A stretch of DNA of 38,367 nucleotides from Chiloscyllium plagiosum. Lineage: Eukaryota. The stretch lies in contig NC_057755.1 of the NCBI RefSeq assembly GCF_004010195.1, positions 11,085,805 through 11,124,171 on the forward strand, read 5' to 3'. Position numbers and translations under genes: made by a program. The notes under the pieces were generated by a model that saw only the letters and a program-made list of their open reading frames with translations, was not told where the DNA came from and ran no database searches. Below are positions 34,421 through 38,367 of this stretch, one piece after another (within the stretch, counting starts at the first letter, position 1; the number at the start of each line of letters is the position of its first letter).

Positions 34421-34925
34421 GAAACAGACCCTTCGGCCCAACCCGTCCATGCTGTCCCAGATATCCCAACCCAATCCAGTCCCACCCGCCAGCACCCGGC
34501 CCATATCCCTCCAAACCCTTCCAAACCCTTCCTATTCATATACCCATACAAATGCCTCTTAAATGTTGCAATTGTACCAGCCTCCACCACTTCCTCTGGC
34601 AGCTCATTCCATACACGCACCACCCTCTGCGTGAAAAAGTTGCCCCTTAGGTCTATTTTATAGCTTTGCCCTCTCGCCCTAAACCCATGCCCCTCTAGTT
34701 CTGGACTCCCCCACCCCAGGCAAAAGGCTTTGCCTATTTACCCTACCCATGCCCCTCCAGATTTTATAAACCTCTATAAGGTCACCCCCTCAGCCTCCGA
34801 CGCACCAGCGAAAACAGCCCCAGCCTGTTCATTCTCTCCCTGTAGCTCAAATCCTCCAACCCTGGCAACACCCTTTTAAATCTTTTCTGAACTCTTTCAA
34901 GTTTCACAACATCTTTCTGATAGGA
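34403..34925 (-). mobile_element. CR1 LINE 3' fragment
   Basis: VRVWNELPEEVVEAGTIATFKRHL; near-identical to the 5782 and 8407 copies. Confidence 0.9.
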
Positions 34926-35106
34926 ATCCCTTCATTGGGGGATTAGATTCCTTCCTACCGACCTATCCATGCTCCACATAATTTTATACATCTCAATCAT
35001 GCCTCTCATTTTCTACCAGCTTTGTTTTTTCTCTTTTGTGATAAATCTGAGTTCTTCTCTAAGAAGGCAACAGCTGTCTCAGGTTAATATGTTCAGTGAC
35101 AAACGA

Positions 35107-35828
35107 ACAGTACCGACCCTCTGACAGTGCGGCACTCCCTCAGTACCGACCGTCTGACAGTGCGGCACTCCCTCAGTACCGACCGTCTGACAGTGCGGCA
35201 CTCACTCAGTACCGACCGTCTGACAGTGCGGCACTCTCTCAGTACCGACCCTCTGACAGTGCGGCACTCACTCAGTACCGACCCTCTGACAGTGCGGCAC
35301 TCCCTCACAACTGACCCTTAGACAGTGTTGCCCTCCGTCAGTATTGACCCACCTACAGTGTGGTGCGCCCTCAATACTGACCATCCGATCGTGTGGCATT
35401 CCCTCATTACTGAGCCTCCAATAGTGCGGTACTCCCTCAGTACTGACAATCCGACAGTGCATCACTCTCTCAGCAATGATCCTCTACTTGTGCAGCGCTC
35501 CCTCAGTACTGACCCTCTGCGGCGCTCCCTCAGTACTGACCCTCTGACAGAATGGCACTCCCTCAGCACTGACCCTCTAACATTGTGACACTCCCTCATC
35601 TCATGGCCCCTCCGACAGTGCGGCACTCCCTCAGCACCGACCCTCCGACAGTGCGGCACTCCCTCAGCACCGACCCTCTGGTGCAGCTTTTCCTCAGTAC
35701 TGACCCTCCGACAGTGCAGCACTCCCTCAGTAGTGGCCTTCTGACAATGCAGCCCTCCCTCAGTACTGACCCTCTGACAGCGTGGCACTCCCTCAGTACT
35801 GACTCTCTGACAGTGCAGCACTCCCTCC
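35107..35828. repeat. 33-bp minisatellite (cagtactgaccctctgacagtgcagcactccct), resembling the DeuSINE core
   Basis: First ~6 units homogeneous, later ones diverged. A reverse remnant also occurs at ~18460-18540. Confidence 0.92.
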
Positions 35829-35929
35829 CTTGGTACCGGCCTCTGAGTTCTCTTACTCAATTTAGGCCATGGGACTCTTGCCGCCTCGAGCAACTACAAT
35901 GGCTTGCTGGCCAGGATGTTCGAAGAAAT

Positions 35930-36611
35930 TGTAACCATTTAAATCGAGGCTTGGCTTTGGTTTGTGGTTTTGTTGTGGGCTGACAGAGTCCCTCAGTTCA
36001 GGTCTGTCTTAAATGAGGTTGTGCAATTGCCTTCACTCAGGTGATGTTCTCCAAGCTCAGCAGGCTGGTGAGGGTTTTGTTGGACTTTGGCTCAATCTAC
36101 AAACTTACTTTCTTCTATGTGTGAGCCAAGTCCTGCGTGTTCTTTTAAATGAAGCAATAGGAGAAGATATTCGGTCTCACACTCTTAATTTATTTTACAC
36201 ACTAAGTGAACAAAGCATTCAGAGCTCTGGGTCTAAACCTCTTTGTCCCTGACAAACTACAAAAGTGTGCCAGTTCAAAAAGAAAGACCTCGTTTTGTCC
36301 CTGCCCCAGTCTTTTATACCATAAAAAACGTCATATAAACACTGAGGTAGAATTATCTTCTGATTGGGTGTTAGTCTGATTCCATTCCCCGCCTTCTTGC
36401 ATTCCTAGCTGTCCGACCCCACGTGACCTTCTTTTGCCCGCGAAATGGGGCATCACGTGGCCTCCTCGACCCACTTACGGGGCGCGAAACGGGACGTCAC
36501 GTGATCGCCCGCCCTCTTCCGGGGCGCGAAACGGGACGCCATGTGACCGCCCCGCACTCTTCCGGGTGCGAGACGGGACGCCACGTGGCCACGCCCCCTG
36601 CTTGGGTTACA
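35930..36611 (-). mobile_element. ERV-like LTR (U3 enhancer repeats, CCAAT, TATA, polyA signal)
   Basis: Termini TGTAACC...GGTTACA. On the minus strand: 42-44-bp repeats (36420-36595), CCAAT (36367-36363), TATAAAA (36318-36312), AATAAA (36194-36189). No TSD is evident; an alternative 3' end at 35917 precedes a tRNA-Arg-like PBS. Confidence 0.65.
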
Positions 36612-36711
36612 GAGTCACCACAGGGTTTTGAATGCTGAATCCATCCAGCCTTCTGTTTTTAAAGTAAGGAATATATTTACAGTTTCCACTTCCATCTGTA
36701 TACTCTGTAGC

Positions 36712-38048
36712 TCATAACCGGGGAAGAGGGGCAGGTAGTCGGCCCTAATGACCCCCTCCACGGCCCGCTGCCTGGACCTGTTTATGGCCAGTTTGGCCAG
36801 GCCCAGGAGCAGACCCACGAGGACGTCTCCAGACCTGCCCTCCCTCCTCCGTACCAGGTGCCCAAAGATCAGGAGCGTGGGACTGCAGTGCAACCGAAAG
36901 CAGAGGAGGAGGTTTTTAAGAAAGTCAAAAAGGGAGTGCAAACACTCACACCCAATATACACATGCTCCACAGCACAAGCAGTTGGGCTGGGAGACCGTG
37001 AACCACTGCAATCTGCGGTTGCAGGGGACTGCTGCGTGCAGCACTCTCCACCCCAGATCCCTGAGAATGGAGGAGGACACCCGAATAGAGAGCCCTCCAC
37101 TGGGGATCCCCACCGCCTGGTGGCAAGTGAGCATGCCAAGGCGTGTCCGGATGGTGGAGGACAGAGAAGAAGTGGACAGTGTGCAGCAGCAATCTATACA
37201 GGGCCTGCCTTTTTCCCCGTGAAAGGGAACAAAATTAAGATTCCGGAGGTGGCTCAGGTTGTGGGGCACAGGCTCCCGCAGGAAGTACAGGACCCTGTGG
37301 CCAATGTGAAATTCTGTCCGGGCTGGGGGTGAGCGTGGATGGGATCCCACCGCACACCTGAGCGTCCTCCAACTGGTGCACTACGTCGGGTCCGAGCACC
37401 GCCATTTTAAGGTGTCGGATGGAAGTGGCCACGTACCGGACGTCTACCGCTGCCCTGCTAGCTATGTCCTGCAGCAGTGTCCAGCTCAGGTCCCCGGTAC
37501 CCAGCACATCCCCAACCCTGGTCACTCTCGCCCCCACAGCCCTCCCCTCTGACAGCCACTCGAACCCGCGAGTACAGAGGTGCAGATTCCTGAGCAATGG
37601 CTCCCTGATGACAGCCGCTACTCCTGCTGGAGGGTAGGCGTGGCATGGTTCAACCACGTTCCAGACATGGATCAGGTCCTGGTAAAAGACAGGCAGTGTC
37701 TTGAGGGCAACCTCCAAACCGTCACGGTCGACGAACAGGAGCTGCGTGTCGTAGTTGAGGTTACACACCTGGCGGAAAAAATACATCGCCAGGGCGCACC
37801 ACCTAGGAGGAGGCTCGATGTAAAGGTATAGCTGCAAGGTCTGAAGGCGGAACGTCGCGACCTGGGTGCGGACGCACACCAGTGACTGACCGCCCTCCTC
37901 AATAGGGCGACTCAGAACCTGCGCAGTGACCCAGTGCATATTTTTGTCCCAGAAGAAGTCGGCCAACGTTCTCTGGATGTCAGCGACAAAGCCAGGAGGG
38001 GGGACCAAAGTGACCAGCCAGTACCACAGCATAGCGGCCACCAGCTGG
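36712..38048 (-). mobile_element. Young Tx1-clade LINE ORF2 C-terminal fragment
   Basis: NQLVAAMLWYWLVTL.PP..FV..IQR..DFFW..HWV...EEGGQSL; RDLGWRVLHAAVPCNR; C.CC..VEHVYIGC zinc finger; LLLGLAKLAINRSR. CpG-rich with few lesions. Confidence 0.88.
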
Positions 38049-38367
38049 TTTTTTTTTTTTCTTTTTTTTTTACCTGCGGCGCCCACCTCTAATGTCCCAT
38101 TTATTTTTTTTTTTATTTTTACAGTGAAAGACACAAAGTGCTCGAATCTTTATTCAATTTCCACCACCAGGAAGATAGGAAAACACCTGGGTGGCCAGTG
38201 ACAAACCCTGCCCTTCACATCAAAGGGCAATGCTGTGTGAATCCCTATTTATTTATTTTTTTTTCTTTTTTTTTCTCTTGTTTTTATTTTTTTTTATTTT
38301 AACCCCCACACTACCACCTAAGTGCGGTAGTGCTTATTTTATCCCCAGCACCCATGGTGTGTGTGTG
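38049..38367 (-). mobile_element. Stacked polyadenylated fragments, probably Tx1 3' end/UTR
   Basis: Three poly(T) tracts separate short pieces, one encoding (E)RWAPQ on the minus strand. Confidence 0.55.

Noticed and set aside
33115..34562. Overlapping ORFs in the CpG island
   Set aside because: By-product of GC richness, the N gap and CR1 remnants.
35093..35983. CRISPR-like array or repetitive ORFs
   Set aside because: Head-to-tail 33-bp units without unique spacers; eukaryotic minisatellite.

Overview
Repeat-dense vertebrate DNA. The HE1-type tRNA-SINEs, CR1 LINEs, Penelope-derived repeats and 33/37-bp minisatellites point to a shark (inference). The only convincing host coding sequence is an AT-rich exon encoding a FAM111-type trypsin-like serine protease with an intact H-D-S triad (1172-2170, +). 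A CpG-island promoter with a probable minus-strand first exon lies at ~33130-34400, and an ERV-like LTR lies upstream of it (35930-36611, -). The most striking object is a complete but decayed R2-A-lineage retrotransposon (20773-25573, -; 3 zinc fingers, Myb, RT, RLE). It is not in 28S rDNA: it splits a Tx1 LINE at a site resembling the R2 28S target. Its 5' end carries a ~28-nt 28S-like leader and a predicted HDV-like ribozyme with a ~590-nt P4 domain. Other observations: minimal hammerhead motifs in Penelope repeats, CR1 fragments with apparent GC-biased substitution in the CpG island, a MITE with inverted-duplicated flanks, and multi-level nested insertions. All family assignments come from motif recognition by eye, not from database searches.
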